From the IMG/VR virus record IMGVR_UViG_3300023174_000124, positions 1 to 64,000 of that record: a stretch of 64,000 nucleotides of DNA; one strand, written 5' to 3'. The position numbers and the translations under genes are program-made. The DNA comes from a virus. Positions 19,104 through 28,658 of the stretch are shown one piece after another; the first letter of the stretch is position 1, and the number at the start of each line of letters is the position of its first letter. The notes under the pieces were generated by a model. The model saw nothing but the letters and a program-made list of their open reading frames with translations, ran no database searches and was not told the origin of the DNA.

Positions 19104-20207
19104 TTATCTTATTCTTTGCTTCAAATAATCATTTCCTACTGTTAATAAAGGATCAGTCGGAGGTAACACTTCCACAGGTATCAAATCTATACTCTTTATT
19201 GTCTTAAAGGTTTCTATAATCGGTACATGAATAAACCAATCTGTTTGTAAGGTAAAACTCACACTCGAATTATAAAAATAATCATCACCATTTTCATCAT
19301 AGGCTTCTTCCGATTCCCCACCATAACTCACTTCACTCATATGTAATCCCCATGATGTTAATTTATCTCTTAATACACCCCATATCCATACCATCATGTG
19401 ATCTGATATATCAGCTTGTGAATGTACATCACGAGCTATTATATCTATATCTACTGATACATCAAAACGACCACCATATTCTCTATATACAGGTTTTCTC
19501 TCTTCATATACAATTACTGCTTGTTGATCTCCGTCATTTAAATTCCTACCAAAATGTATTAACACACCTGGTATCAATTCACTATATGTATAATCAGGTC
19601 TTACTTCATATGGCTCAAAATCTGTTATGTATTCCACATAATTTATCTCTAAATATATCCCTTTTGGTAAAGGCTCATTTAAAGTTATAGTTTCTCCACT
19701 TATTGTATAATCCGTAAAACTCATACGAGAGGGGTATTCTATAATTTTAACCGTATTATCTACAGGTGTACCTAATAGTTCAATAGTCGTAGGTGAAGTA
19801 AAAACAGGTGCTGTTTCTTTTCTCTTCTTATATTGAACCATATTCACCATATATGTTCTAGCTGTAGGTTCTGTTTCAGTTATATCTAATATATAGATAC
19901 CTTCTTCACCTTGTCTACTTGGCAATGGATGTTCTCTAACCCATTCAATAGAAGATGTTTTATTACTCCCACCTGTTTGAGCAACAAGACAATAACCTTG
20001 AACTTCACCTATATAGTTTTGAGCATTTAAAGGAACATTACTCATGCTACTTGTCTTAACTACCATTCCAAATAATGGTCTCTGCTCAAAACTATATTTA
20101 CCTTGTATGTTATAAGACATTTCAGGGTATCTAGGGTGATCTGCCCAATGTGCTTTTAATTCTTCGATTATAAGACTTCTTACTTGAAGTGTCAGATTAT
20201 GGTACAT
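19104..20207 (-). CDS. putative neck/tail-completion protein
   Basis: 367 aa, upstream of the sheath; VSVDIDIIARD...FYNSSVSFTLQTDW resembles a tail-terminator fold. Confidence 0.55.
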   Translation of the reverse strand: MYHNLTLQVRSLIIEELKAHWADHPRYPEMSYNIQGKYSFEQRPLFGMVVKTSSMSNVPLNAQNYIGEVQGYCLVAQTGGSNKTSSIEWVREHPLPSRQGEEGIYILDITETEPTARTYMVNMVQYKKRKETAPVFTSPTTIELLGTPVDNTVKIIEYPSRMSFTDYTISGETITLNEPLPKGIYLEINYVEYITDFEPYEVRPDYTYSELIPGVLIHFGRNLNDGDQQAVIVYEERKPVYREYGGRFDVSVDIDIIARDVHSQADISDHMMVWIWGVLRDKLTSWGLHMSEVSYGGESEEAYDENGDDYFYNSSVSFTLQTDWFIHVPIIETFKTIKSIDLIPVEVLPPTDPLLTVGNDYLKQRIR

Positions 20208-20210
20208 AGC

Positions 20211-20393
20211 TTATTTTTCTTTTAGGATAAGTGTATTATTCTCTATATCCATATAATATAAACCATTTAAGGATTCTTCATTCCCCTCTTTATCTTGTAT
20301 TTTTACACTATATACAAAATTAGGAGTGTCTTGAGATGATGTATATTCTAAAATCTCTTTTATAATGTCATCTATAAATTTGTCTGTATTCAA
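20211..20393 (-). CDS. hypothetical protein
   Basis: 60-aa ORF with TTG start after GAAGGAG, coupled to the upstream gene. Confidence 0.55.
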   Translation of the reverse strand: MNTDKFIDDIIKEILEYTSSQDTPNFVYSVKIQDKEGNEESLNGLYYMDIENNTLILKEK

Positions 20394-20947
20394 GGTAAAT
20401 TCTCCTTCATCATTATTAGTTGCAACACTCTATTTATAGCTTTATTTATTCCTCTTGCAACCCCTTTTTCTATCCATGTCCATTTTTTTATTGCAGGGTG
20501 TATCCAAGCATCATTTTTCATTAAAGGAACTGTTCTAAATATCATCTGCCCCTTACTATCTTTTAACGGTATTACCGATAATGTACTATTCCCTTGTTTT
20601 GTTAACCAATCCATCCTCTCAGGTTCATGATTGTTTAAATACTTAGTTATCCATTCCCATTTACTATATATTGCAACACCCTCACCTTCTATCTCATAAT
20701 AGAAAGATTTAAAAAATCTCTCATCTCTAGGAACAGCATCAAATTTTCTTGACGCTTCTCTAGCATGATATTCTATACCATCTATTATCTCTTCACCAAA
20801 TACATCGATATAACTAAGTAATTGTAACTTATTTATGCCCCTCTCTAAAGCTCTCTGATTCATAGCTTTAGTCCTAAGTACAAATTTCTTGTTTTTAGAA
20901 CTAAAGCTAGATCCTGTCATATCGGGTTTTATATTTATAGCCATCAT
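20390..20947 (-). CDS. putative neck/morphogenesis protein
   Basis: MIFRTVP...WIHPAIK motif; located in the neck module. Confidence 0.5.
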   Translation of the reverse strand: MMAINIKPDMTGSSFSSKNKKFVLRTKAMNQRALERGINKLQLLSYIDVFGEEIIDGIEYHAREASRKFDAVPRDERFFKSFYYEIEGEGVAIYSKWEWITKYLNNHEPERMDWLTKQGNSTLSVIPLKDSKGQMIFRTVPLMKNDAWIHPAIKKWTWIEKGVARGINKAINRVLQLIMMKENLP

Positions 20948-22323
20948 TAACCTCCACTATTATGGTTTTCCCATACAGCTGTTCTACCTCTAAGTAAATG
21001 ATCCTTAGAAATATCTTGTCTTCCTGTTTCCATTGGAATTGCTGAATCGGGTTCTGTTTGATATGGAGCATCACCTCTAGGATTATAAGTATCTCTAATA
21101 GGTTGATATGTGTATTTAGTCTTTTGCCATGTTATAGGTACACCATCCATAGGAACTTGATACCTTATATCTGTGACATCAAGATAACCTAAATTAAAGT
21201 GTTGTTGTAAAACATTACCTCTAGCATTAGGTCTTCTTACGGGCCCGATACTATATCTGTCATTATTTTGTTTAACTAGAAAATCTCTTTGTTGAACAAT
21301 AGGACTAGGACCGATATAGGTTTCATAGGAGTGTTCTTTTCTACGACCTTGAACAGATTGACTAATTCGTCTTTCTGCATCATCAGGTGCTATAATTATA
21401 TCATAGGGACCATCATAACCACCTTCTATACCTGTACCGAAACAAATAATACACCTAGAATCAGGTTGTTTAGCATATATAAGAGTTCTTCTATTAAAAT
21501 CCCTACAAGCACAAGGAATACCTACAATCTTTTTTAAGAATAATCTAACTCTTTCACCACCTTGTTCTAAAGCCCATTGGTTTCTTCTAATCCCCTCTCG
21601 CCACATCCAATCTACTTTTTCTATTTCTATATCACTAAAAGGAACAGCATAGTTTATAGGTGTTTCCTGTAAGCCACCTGATATAGGGTCTTCAGCTACT
21701 GTAGTTATTCTGTAATAGGTGTTTTTATCTAAGAAATAACCTAGTCTATCTGAATGACTATAAGCGAGGTATGTAATGGTGACGACACTATTTTCATTTA
21801 TAATAAGATCAGGTGTAGTGGTGCTATTTATAGGGTCTAATTTATAACCTTGACTAAGTGTAACTTCACCTGTTTGTCCTACAATATAAGCCACAGGTGT
21901 AATACGACCATCTACTTTAACAATAACATCACGACCTGAACTTGTAGGTTCGATAGCACTACCTATACGAGCAATAGGGTATTTAGTTTGAAAGGTATAA
22001 GTTCCATTTTCTTGATATTTAGATATCCAATGGGTTACTACCTCATCATATTGCATTTCAGTAAGGCTAACATCTCTATAATATTCACCACCTATAGGGG
22101 TTTGATTTATTCTTTTATAGGGACCTCTATCTGAAGTATTTGATCTATAAATATTCACCCCACGAATAACCCACCCTTCGTTTTGGTGAATATAAGAAGG
22201 ACTTTCCCACCTTAAGTCTATAACACCTTTTATAAAGGGTGAAAGAGCAGATGTATTTTTAGGTGGTATAGGATAAGGTGATCTAGATAATTCCCAACCT
22301 GCAGTCATATTTAATCTCCCCAT
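20947..22323 (-). CDS. putative head-closure/neck protein with Fn3-like N-terminus and Cys motifs
   Basis: IDLRWE...GVNIYRS...GPYKRIN; CAC...CIICFGTG; P.VQQRDFLV. Confidence 0.6.
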   Translation of the reverse strand: MGRLNMTAGWELSRSPYPIPPKNTSALSPFIKGVIDLRWESPSYIHQNEGWVIRGVNIYRSNTSDRGPYKRINQTPIGGEYYRDVSLTEMQYDEVVTHWISKYQENGTYTFQTKYPIARIGSAIEPTSSGRDVIVKVDGRITPVAYIVGQTGEVTLSQGYKLDPINSTTTPDLIINENSVVTITYLAYSHSDRLGYFLDKNTYYRITTVAEDPISGGLQETPINYAVPFSDIEIEKVDWMWREGIRRNQWALEQGGERVRLFLKKIVGIPCACRDFNRRTLIYAKQPDSRCIICFGTGIEGGYDGPYDIIIAPDDAERRISQSVQGRRKEHSYETYIGPSPIVQQRDFLVKQNNDRYSIGPVRRPNARGNVLQQHFNLGYLDVTDIRYQVPMDGVPITWQKTKYTYQPIRDTYNPRGDAPYQTEPDSAIPMETGRQDISKDHLLRGRTAVWENHNSGG

Positions 22324-22371
22324 ATAAAGTATATGATATATAAGGTGATTTTATAAAGGATAAAAATAAAC

Positions 22372-22400
22372 TTGACAGCTCTCTATTATCTATATATAAT
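22372..22400 (+). promoter_or_regulatory. perfect sigma70 promoter TTGACA-17-TATAAT with no sense ORF downstream
   Basis: TTGACA at 22372-22377, TATAAT at 22395-22400. Confidence 0.75.
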
Positions 22401-22500
22401 ATATTCTGTATATAATATATATTCTGTTATATAGAAAATATAACCAAGTTCTATATATAAATATTATGTTCTATATATAACTATATTATGCTCTTCTAGA
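22393..22500. repeat. AT-rich short direct repeats
   Basis: TATATAATAT(AT)ATTCTG twice, then GTTCTATATATAA..ATATTATG twice. Confidence 0.7.
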
Positions 22501-22521
22501 AAACATAACTTATATTCTGAT

Positions 22522-23649
22522 CTATAATCTCTTTAAGAGAGATAAAATCTCTGATCTAAGGTCTTTATTGTTATAAGCCACCTTAATAGCATAAGTTATA
22601 AGGTGAGCTTTCTTATTTGTAGGTGATTTATTTGTAGGTGAAGGACTCTTAAAATTATCTCTTAAAGCATAAACATGATCTGCACCAGGTGTAACTAAAA
22701 CTCTTTTACCTTGATCCTCATATTCTTTAATTTTCTTAATTATATTCTTACCCCTAAAGTCATTAGCATAATCCATAAGTTGAGATATCTTCTGTTCAGG
22801 TTTATTATAATCTCTAGGAAAAGTTAAAGCATATAATTTTTGAGCATCCTTTTTATTCTTAGGTGGGAATTTACCATCATAGCCATTATCTTTTAAAAAT
22901 TTCTCACCCTCTTCTTGCATCTCTTTAGGTAATTCATTAAACCATTCCATCTCTTCTTTAATGTTATTCCCATGCCCTATATTTAAAGCTAATTGTAAAG
23001 TCATTCTCTCAGCTTCAGTAGTGCCTAAATCTTCTTTCATAGCTTTAGCAACAGCTGAGTTAGCCATACCTAATTGGTTATCTTTACCATCCCAAGTATC
23101 TGCTTTACCTCCTGCTTCTAAAACTAAATTCCCTACAAGTTCTTGTTCTCCACCTTCGGGATAATTATCTCCATCTCCCTGACCTCCTTCACCTAAGAAA
23201 ACAATTTCTTTACCATCTTTTTTAGCTTGTTCTATAAAGTCTTTAACATTAGGTAATAAACTCTTCTCTATCCAATCTTTAGAATCATCATCTAAGTGTT
23301 TAGTTCCTAGTAATTGACTACCTTGTGGAGTAGTAGCCATATAATTCTTTTTATATACTTCAGGGTTTTTAAATGACTCTTCTATTTCTTCATTAGAAAG
23401 TTGATTTTTATAGTCAGCTTTGATGTCTTTTAAATCTAATTTCTTTTTAGGTTTTTCTTTCTTAGTGGTTTCTTTTTTAGACTTCTCCCACTTGTCCCAA
23501 TATTGTTTTAAAATTTGTTTATGACTGTCAAATTCTTCAGGTCTTAAAGATTTAAGTTTCACTTTATTTTTAGTTTCAGGGTTTATAACAGTTTCATTCT
23601 CAACAGCTTTCCAAAACTCATTAACATTGTCTTTTGAAAATTTCAACAT
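22522..23649 (-). CDS. TraB/GumN (Tiki)-like metallohydrolase with N-terminal NPET module and C-terminal tag
   Basis: LLGTKH, FLGE, DFR, VLVTPGADH. C-terminus KKA-HLITYAIKVAYNNKDLRSEIL. Confidence 0.55.
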   Translation of the reverse strand: MLKFSKDNVNEFWKAVENETVINPETKNKVKLKSLRPEEFDSHKQILKQYWDKWEKSKKETTKKEKPKKKLDLKDIKADYKNQLSNEEIEESFKNPEVYKKNYMATTPQGSQLLGTKHLDDDSKDWIEKSLLPNVKDFIEQAKKDGKEIVFLGEGGQGDGDNYPEGGEQELVGNLVLEAGGKADTWDGKDNQLGMANSAVAKAMKEDLGTTEAERMTLQLALNIGHGNNIKEEMEWFNELPKEMQEEGEKFLKDNGYDGKFPPKNKKDAQKLYALTFPRDYNKPEQKISQLMDYANDFRGKNIIKKIKEYEDQGKRVLVTPGADHVYALRDNFKSPSPTNKSPTNKKAHLITYAIKVAYNNKDLRSEILSLLKRL

Positions 23650-23707
23650 AGCAAGACTCCTTATTTAATATAATATAAGCTATAAACTTCTTACAAAGGA
23701 TTTCATT

Positions 23708-25339
23708 ATGAAGTTAGCTACAAATAATCTCTTCTTTCTTGTTAAAGAAGAAGCTCCTCAAGATAATAAATTAGCTGTTGTCGGAGACAGAGAATACAAA
23801 GTCTGTATTGGTGAGAATATCGTATTAGGTGGTAATAAAGATTTTTATTACATCTCAGCTGTAAATCCTAAAATCTATTCTTATAAAGAGATCAATAAGA
23901 CTGTTTATGATTCTCTTACAGAGGAAGAAGAATTAGATAGATATTTAACTATCGCTTTCTCAAGGGTGTTTTTCTCATTAGGTGATTTTTATAATGCAAG
24001 AGATACTCTTTATAGAGGTCTAGATCGTGTTTTAATTTCTCGTTTTAAAGATGCAACAACAACTAAAGAAGTAATTGTAGCACTTGATCATATTGATGCT
24101 TTTCTTTTAAAGAGAAAGCCTAATATTCCCTTTGTGAAAAATCCTGGTCAAATTCCATCATGTGATTTAAATACACTCTTTACAGAGATGAAAAAAGCTC
24201 GTGCAATGGTAGATATCGTTCAATTAAATAAGATTTATTTGAGAAAATCACCAAGTAAGAAATATGGTACTTTAGATCCTGAGGGTAATTTCATTCCTTG
24301 CTTTTATGAAACAAGGAGTATTACTAAAGAATGGGCAACTTTTGTAAATCATGAATTTACTCGTAATGGTGAATTTAATATCTCTCTTAAAGAGAATGTC
24401 GTCTTATATCATAATATTTTGAATACAGAGGTAAATCAAGTTGCAGGTATTCCTCTTAATTTACAATCTTATAAGTCATATAATCTTTATGATAAAGAAG
24501 GGTGTAGAATCAAGACACTATTAGTAAGAGTAGATAATAATTATTTAGATGAATTTGAATTGAAGACAGGTTTAAATTATGACTTTTTTGAAGAGGGTCC
24601 GCATACAGACCATTTCATGTTTGAAATCAATGTAGAGGATACACCTGTTATATCGGATGTAGTATATGCGGACACTAATCCTAAAAGACTTATTGCTTTA
24701 ACAATAACTACAGATTTGTTAAGAGGATTGTTAAAAGAGAATAAAGCAACATCTTATACAGATGAACAGATTAAAGAATTGGCTAAGTGTTATATAACAC
24801 CATCAATGAATTTTAGCCCTCCATCTATAGTAGATAAGACAATTAGTTCACCCAATACCTCTAGTAAAGTAGATTTTGGTTCAAAAGAATTGAATGTCTT
24901 AACAGGTGATTTTAAATCAGGTAATTTTTATTTAGATCGTAGGTTTAAAGTAGACGGTGTAGAGAAGTTATCTTTACCTATGTTATTAGATAGTAATTTT
25001 GATATGTTTTCTTTAACAGAGAAAGTTTTAGGAGCAAGAGCTAAAGTAGATAGTGCTGAATCTCTTGTTATAGGAGTATATAAGTATCTTTTCAATTTAA
25101 GTGAAGATAAAGGTATTCTAGGAGAATATATAGAAGATCGTTTAAAACAAGCACTCTTAAAGAAAGACCTTGTAGTTTTAAATCATATTCAAAAAGAGTA
25201 TAACAAAGAACTAGATAGTTTATATGAGAGTACTTATATACCTATAATTATAGGAAAGAAGTTAAATGGTATAGATTATGAGAGGGTGTTAAATAAGGAT
25301 TTAGATAATACAGATTATTTATATGAGATTAAGAGTTAG
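23708..25339 (+). CDS. hypothetical protein (resembles the C-terminal part of phage vWA-associated proteins)
   Basis: 543-aa ORF with AAAGGA RBS; the similarity is recalled, not searched. Confidence 0.75.
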   Translation: MKLATNNLFFLVKEEAPQDNKLAVVGDREYKVCIGENIVLGGNKDFYYISAVNPKIYSYKEINKTVYDSLTEEEELDRYLTIAFSRVFFSLGDFYNARDTLYRGLDRVLISRFKDATTTKEVIVALDHIDAFLLKRKPNIPFVKNPGQIPSCDLNTLFTEMKKARAMVDIVQLNKIYLRKSPSKKYGTLDPEGNFIPCFYETRSITKEWATFVNHEFTRNGEFNISLKENVVLYHNILNTEVNQVAGIPLNLQSYKSYNLYDKEGCRIKTLLVRVDNNYLDEFELKTGLNYDFFEEGPHTDHFMFEINVEDTPVISDVVYADTNPKRLIALTITTDLLRGLLKENKATSYTDEQIKELAKCYITPSMNFSPPSIVDKTISSPNTSSKVDFGSKELNVLTGDFKSGNFYLDRRFKVDGVEKLSLPMLLDSNFDMFSLTEKVLGARAKVDSAESLVIGVYKYLFNLSEDKGILGEYIEDRLKQALLKKDLVVLNHIQKEYNKELDSLYESTYIPIIIGKKLNGIDYERVLNKDLDNTDYLYEIKS

Positions 25340-25595
25340 GTGTAACGATACGACCATCTTCTAAAATTTGAAAAGGTGAGTCTTCGGATAGATCAAATTG
25401 CATTTTAACTAATTTGAGTAGGCTTTGAGCTTTTTCTTCATTAGCATCAACATCAGCAAGAAGTCTTGCTTTTTTAACTTCTAAAGCACCGATTTGATTA
25501 ACAAGTTGAACAGCAGTTTGCTTTAATTCATTGAATTGTGCAAGTTGCTTTTCAGATAGATTGCCTACGACTTTGAGATTAGATTGTTCGGACAT
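25329..25595 (-). CDS. small coiled-coil protein
   Basis: LVNQIGALEVKKARLL; AAGGAG RBS. Confidence 0.8.
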   Translation of the reverse strand: MSEQSNLKVVGNLSEKQLAQFNELKQTAVQLVNQIGALEVKKARLLADVDANEEKAQSLLKLVKMQFDLSEDSPFQILEDGRIVTPNS

Positions 25596-25634
25596 GATAT
25601 AAACTCCTTTGAGGTTTTTTTATACTATACCAAC

Positions 25635-26024
25635 TTAGAGTTTCTTTTTATCTACAATTTCATGGTGAGCTTTTTCGATAGCTTTTTTAAGTCTTACTCT
25701 TGATTTAATATCTCTAGCTTTATTATTCAAGTTTAGAGTTTCTTTTTTAATTTTATCTAGTATTAGAGGGTCTACTTTTTTATCTTTAGGTTTAATCATA
25801 CACATGAAATTTTCTCTATTATTAAACCTCTTAAAGACTATATTGTTTTCTTCAAATAGTTTCTTTTTCTCAAAATTAAGTTTAATATCTTCAAGTTTTA
25901 ATTTAGAGGGTATGTTTATTTCTATTTGTTTAGGTTTTTCAAATTGAGAGACGATAAACAATCCGATATACAAGAAAAAACTAAGCATTGTATATACAAA
26001 AGAAGTGTGAGATTCACTTAACAT
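25635..26024 (-). CDS. N-terminally membrane-anchored protein
   Basis: Hydrophobic segment FVYTMLSFFLYIGLFIV. Confidence 0.7.
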   Translation of the reverse strand: MLSESHTSFVYTMLSFFLYIGLFIVSQFEKPKQIEINIPSKLKLEDIKLNFEKKKLFEENNIVFKRFNNRENFMCMIKPKDKKVDPLILDKIKKETLNLNNKARDIKSRVRLKKAIEKAHHEIVDKKKL

Positions 26025-26247
26025 GATACTTCACCTTTACTAGACTTAGTAAGTCTTCAGATAGAAGTTCTGTATCTTTAGATTTATTTAGAACATCTTT
26101 ATTAAGTAAAGAAGTATTTTGATTATATAATTCTATTTCTTCCATTTTTAGTTTAGGTACATCAGTCTCTTTTTCGGGAGATACAGAGGTACTGACTAAA
26201 ACAATAACAAAAGATACCGATATAATTGTTAAGTCATTGATTATCAT
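26014..26247 (-). CDS. N-terminally membrane-anchored small protein
   Basis: Hydrophobic segment LTIISVSFVIVLV; GGGAG RBS. Confidence 0.65.
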   Translation of the reverse strand: MIINDLTIISVSFVIVLVSTSVSPEKETDVPKLKMEEIELYNQNTSLLNKDVLNKSKDTELLSEDLLSLVKVKYHVK

Positions 26248-26251
26248 TTGA

Positions 26252-26566
26252 TCATTCTCCCTTAATGAGAATATTTTGTATATCTACAAGATTTTTTTGA
26301 ACATTATCTATATTCTTTTCTATATCTTTAATACTCTGTCTTGATTGTGCATCTTGAATAGCATCACTGTTTATTTCTTTTTTGATTTCGTAAACTTGGT
26401 AGTCAATTCTTTGGATTTGATTTTGTAGGGTATAGAGTTTTGTATTAATAACAGCATTTTCAACAGAGATACTATTAAGCCAATATAAGAGGGGAATGAC
26501 AGTAGCAGACAGTCCCTTATAAATCCAAGACATTATCTTTTCTATTTGTTCTGATGAAAATTGCAT
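26252..26566 (-). CDS. membrane-anchored coiled-coil protein (holin-like candidate)
   Basis: TTG start; transmembrane segment followed by a heptad coiled coil. Confidence 0.55.
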   Translation of the reverse strand: MQFSSEQIEKIMSWIYKGLSATVIPLLYWLNSISVENAVINTKLYTLQNQIQRIDYQVYEIKKEINSDAIQDAQSRQSIKDIEKNIDNVQKNLVDIQNILIKGE

Positions 26567-26583
26567 TTTATTATTCTTTCTTA

Positions 26584-27471
26584 TTATATAAAGTTTCTAG
26601 GGGATAGGACACCACGACCGACAGCAGGACCGAATGCAGATCTAACACCGATACCATATTTAGGTTGGACAAGACCTCTGATGATTTTAGTAGTTCTAGC
26701 TTTCATTTCAGTAGCAGTTTGCCATTGGCTTTCAGCAGCACTCTTTAAGCCCTCGTATTTAGAAGATTTATCTATATTTAGAGAGATACCTCCTATAGAA
26801 TAATCAAATTCATCAACAATCCAATTAGCTTGTAGAGCCATAGCGGCGAATACAATAGCACCTTGTAATATAGGTGTTCTCCAAGCAGGTTTTTGATTGA
26901 CTAGAACTTCTACTGTACGGTAATTTTCAGTTTCAGGTGGCATCATATTCCACCAGTCTAAAGCTCTTTCTATATATTCCATTAACTCATAATCTTCCCA
27001 TACTTGACCAAAGACTCTATTATATTGACCTACAACAGCTTCAGCTTCAGGTGGTCTGAAATGGTAAAATTTATCAGGGTTTTGGTCTCTTAAAAGTATT
27101 CTGAGTTTATCTACCATAGACTTCATAGCTTCAGACATACCGTAGCTTACAATAGAGTCATTAGTGACAACACCAAATTCTTGAACTACATTTTGAACAG
27201 GACTATTAACAAGTTCCCTAATTGCCCATTTTATTCTATAAGTACCAAAGGAAGCAGTGGCAGGTATTCTAAGAGAAGCATAATATTCACCGACAGCAGG
27301 ATTTTCGGGTATTCTAGCAGGGTCGCCTATGAGAACATCTACTTGGTTATCAGAGAAATAGATAGCATAGGTTATATCTGCAGCATTAGCGACATTACCA
27401 CTACTATTAGTCAAGAAGAGGTCTAAATCTCCACGACTAAGGGTTTGTCCTCTTTTAAAAACTACACTCAT
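26584..27471 (-). CDS. putative head-tail adaptor with N-terminal BppU/Ig-like domain
   Basis: LRILLRD...WEDYELMEYIERALDWWN...FDYSIGGISLNIDKSSKY. Confidence 0.6.
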   Translation of the reverse strand: MSVVFKRGQTLSRGDLDLFLTNSSGNVANAADITYAIYFSDNQVDVLIGDPARIPENPAVGEYYASLRIPATASFGTYRIKWAIRELVNSPVQNVVQEFGVVTNDSIVSYGMSEAMKSMVDKLRILLRDQNPDKFYHFRPPEAEAVVGQYNRVFGQVWEDYELMEYIERALDWWNMMPPETENYRTVEVLVNQKPAWRTPILQGAIVFAAMALQANWIVDEFDYSIGGISLNIDKSSKYEGLKSAAESQWQTATEMKARTTKIIRGLVQPKYGIGVRSAFGPAVGRGVLSPRNFI

Positions 27472-27486
27472 TTTAATACTCGCTAT

Positions 27487-28590
27487 TTATGATTTATATA
27501 TATTGCTATTCATAAATAGATTAATTCTTTTTCTAATACTCGCCACTCTTAAATTTGGAAATAAAACCTTAGCTTTACCGAGTAATTCGGGTAGGACTGA
27601 CCTTGTTCCAAAACCTAATATGAAACCTATAACTTCAGCAAAGTTTTCAAATGGGTTTTGATTACCATATTCAGATACAGGTGATTTATGATATTTATAT
27701 TTACTAAGTTGTCCTTTTGTTCTAGTCAAAAGTGTAGGTGAGTATAAATCTTGAATAGAAATTATTTGTACATATCTTCTAGGGTCTTCTTGTTTTATTC
27801 TTTTTAAGAAAGAAGATAATGTTTCATAATCATCCATATCATATAGTAATTCTTGTACCACATCGCCATCAATACCTTTATTAAATTCACCTTCCCAATA
27901 TTTTCTAGCTTTCTCATTGAAAATCTCAAAATAGATATAATGTGCCATTTCATGTGCTAGTGTTTTAACATAGATAGAAATATTTTTAGTGCCATAGTCT
28001 TCTTTACTTCTAGCTATGTTGATATTTATTTCTTTACTACCTAAGAAAAAACTAGCATAAGCATCAGATATGTGAAAATCACTAAAGGTAAATACTAAGG
28101 GGATTTTATGTTTTAGTAATTCAGGTAAGTGATGTTTAGCTCTTTTCTCATATACACTTATGATTGTAGATATGAGTTCATAGTCATCATTATTTTGTAA
28201 GTCATAAGTAATAACATCAAATCCTTTAATTTTAAATTTTTGTTTTTTTCTAGTTTTAGGGTTAGGAAGGTCATCTTCTTCTATATTACTTAGTAGGACT
28301 ACATCTTTAGGGTTTATGTTAAAAGAATCTTGGAGAATCGCCCTTTCCATCTTCTCTACGACAACTCGGTCTTCGATTATATTATCATCATATCCATAAT
28401 CCAAATAGGATAGGATTTCTTTCATAATACTTAGTGTATGTAATAAGTCAGCTTTTTCGGAAGCTAAGAATTTATTAACAAGGATAGCATCTTGGAGTTC
28501 AGGGTATCTTGTTTTATAAAGGAAGAAAGCATTATAGTAGTGTGTGTAGTCTTTTATAAATTGTTTTTGTAACACGATTACCTCTTTCAA
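27487..28590 (-). CDS. zincin metallopeptidase (ATLF-like) with C-terminal RVAS tag
   Basis: LAHEMAH plus SEYGNQNPFENFAE. A GTG start at 28575 after AGAGG is possible. Confidence 0.75.
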   Translation of the reverse strand: MKEVIVLQKQFIKDYTHYYNAFFLYKTRYPELQDAILVNKFLASEKADLLHTLSIMKEILSYLDYGYDDNIIEDRVVVEKMERAILQDSFNINPKDVVLLSNIEEDDLPNPKTRKKQKFKIKGFDVITYDLQNNDDYELISTIISVYEKRAKHHLPELLKHKIPLVFTFSDFHISDAYASFFLGSKEININIARSKEDYGTKNISIYVKTLAHEMAHYIYFEIFNEKARKYWEGEFNKGIDGDVVQELLYDMDDYETLSSFLKRIKQEDPRRYVQIISIQDLYSPTLLTRTKGQLSKYKYHKSPVSEYGNQNPFENFAEVIGFILGFGTRSVLPELLGKAKVLFPNLRVASIRKRINLFMNSNIYKS

Positions 28591-28658
28591 TAAATAATTT
28601 ATCTATTATCTCTTTATATAAAGATATAGATGATAAAAAACATTCAAGGAGATATACT

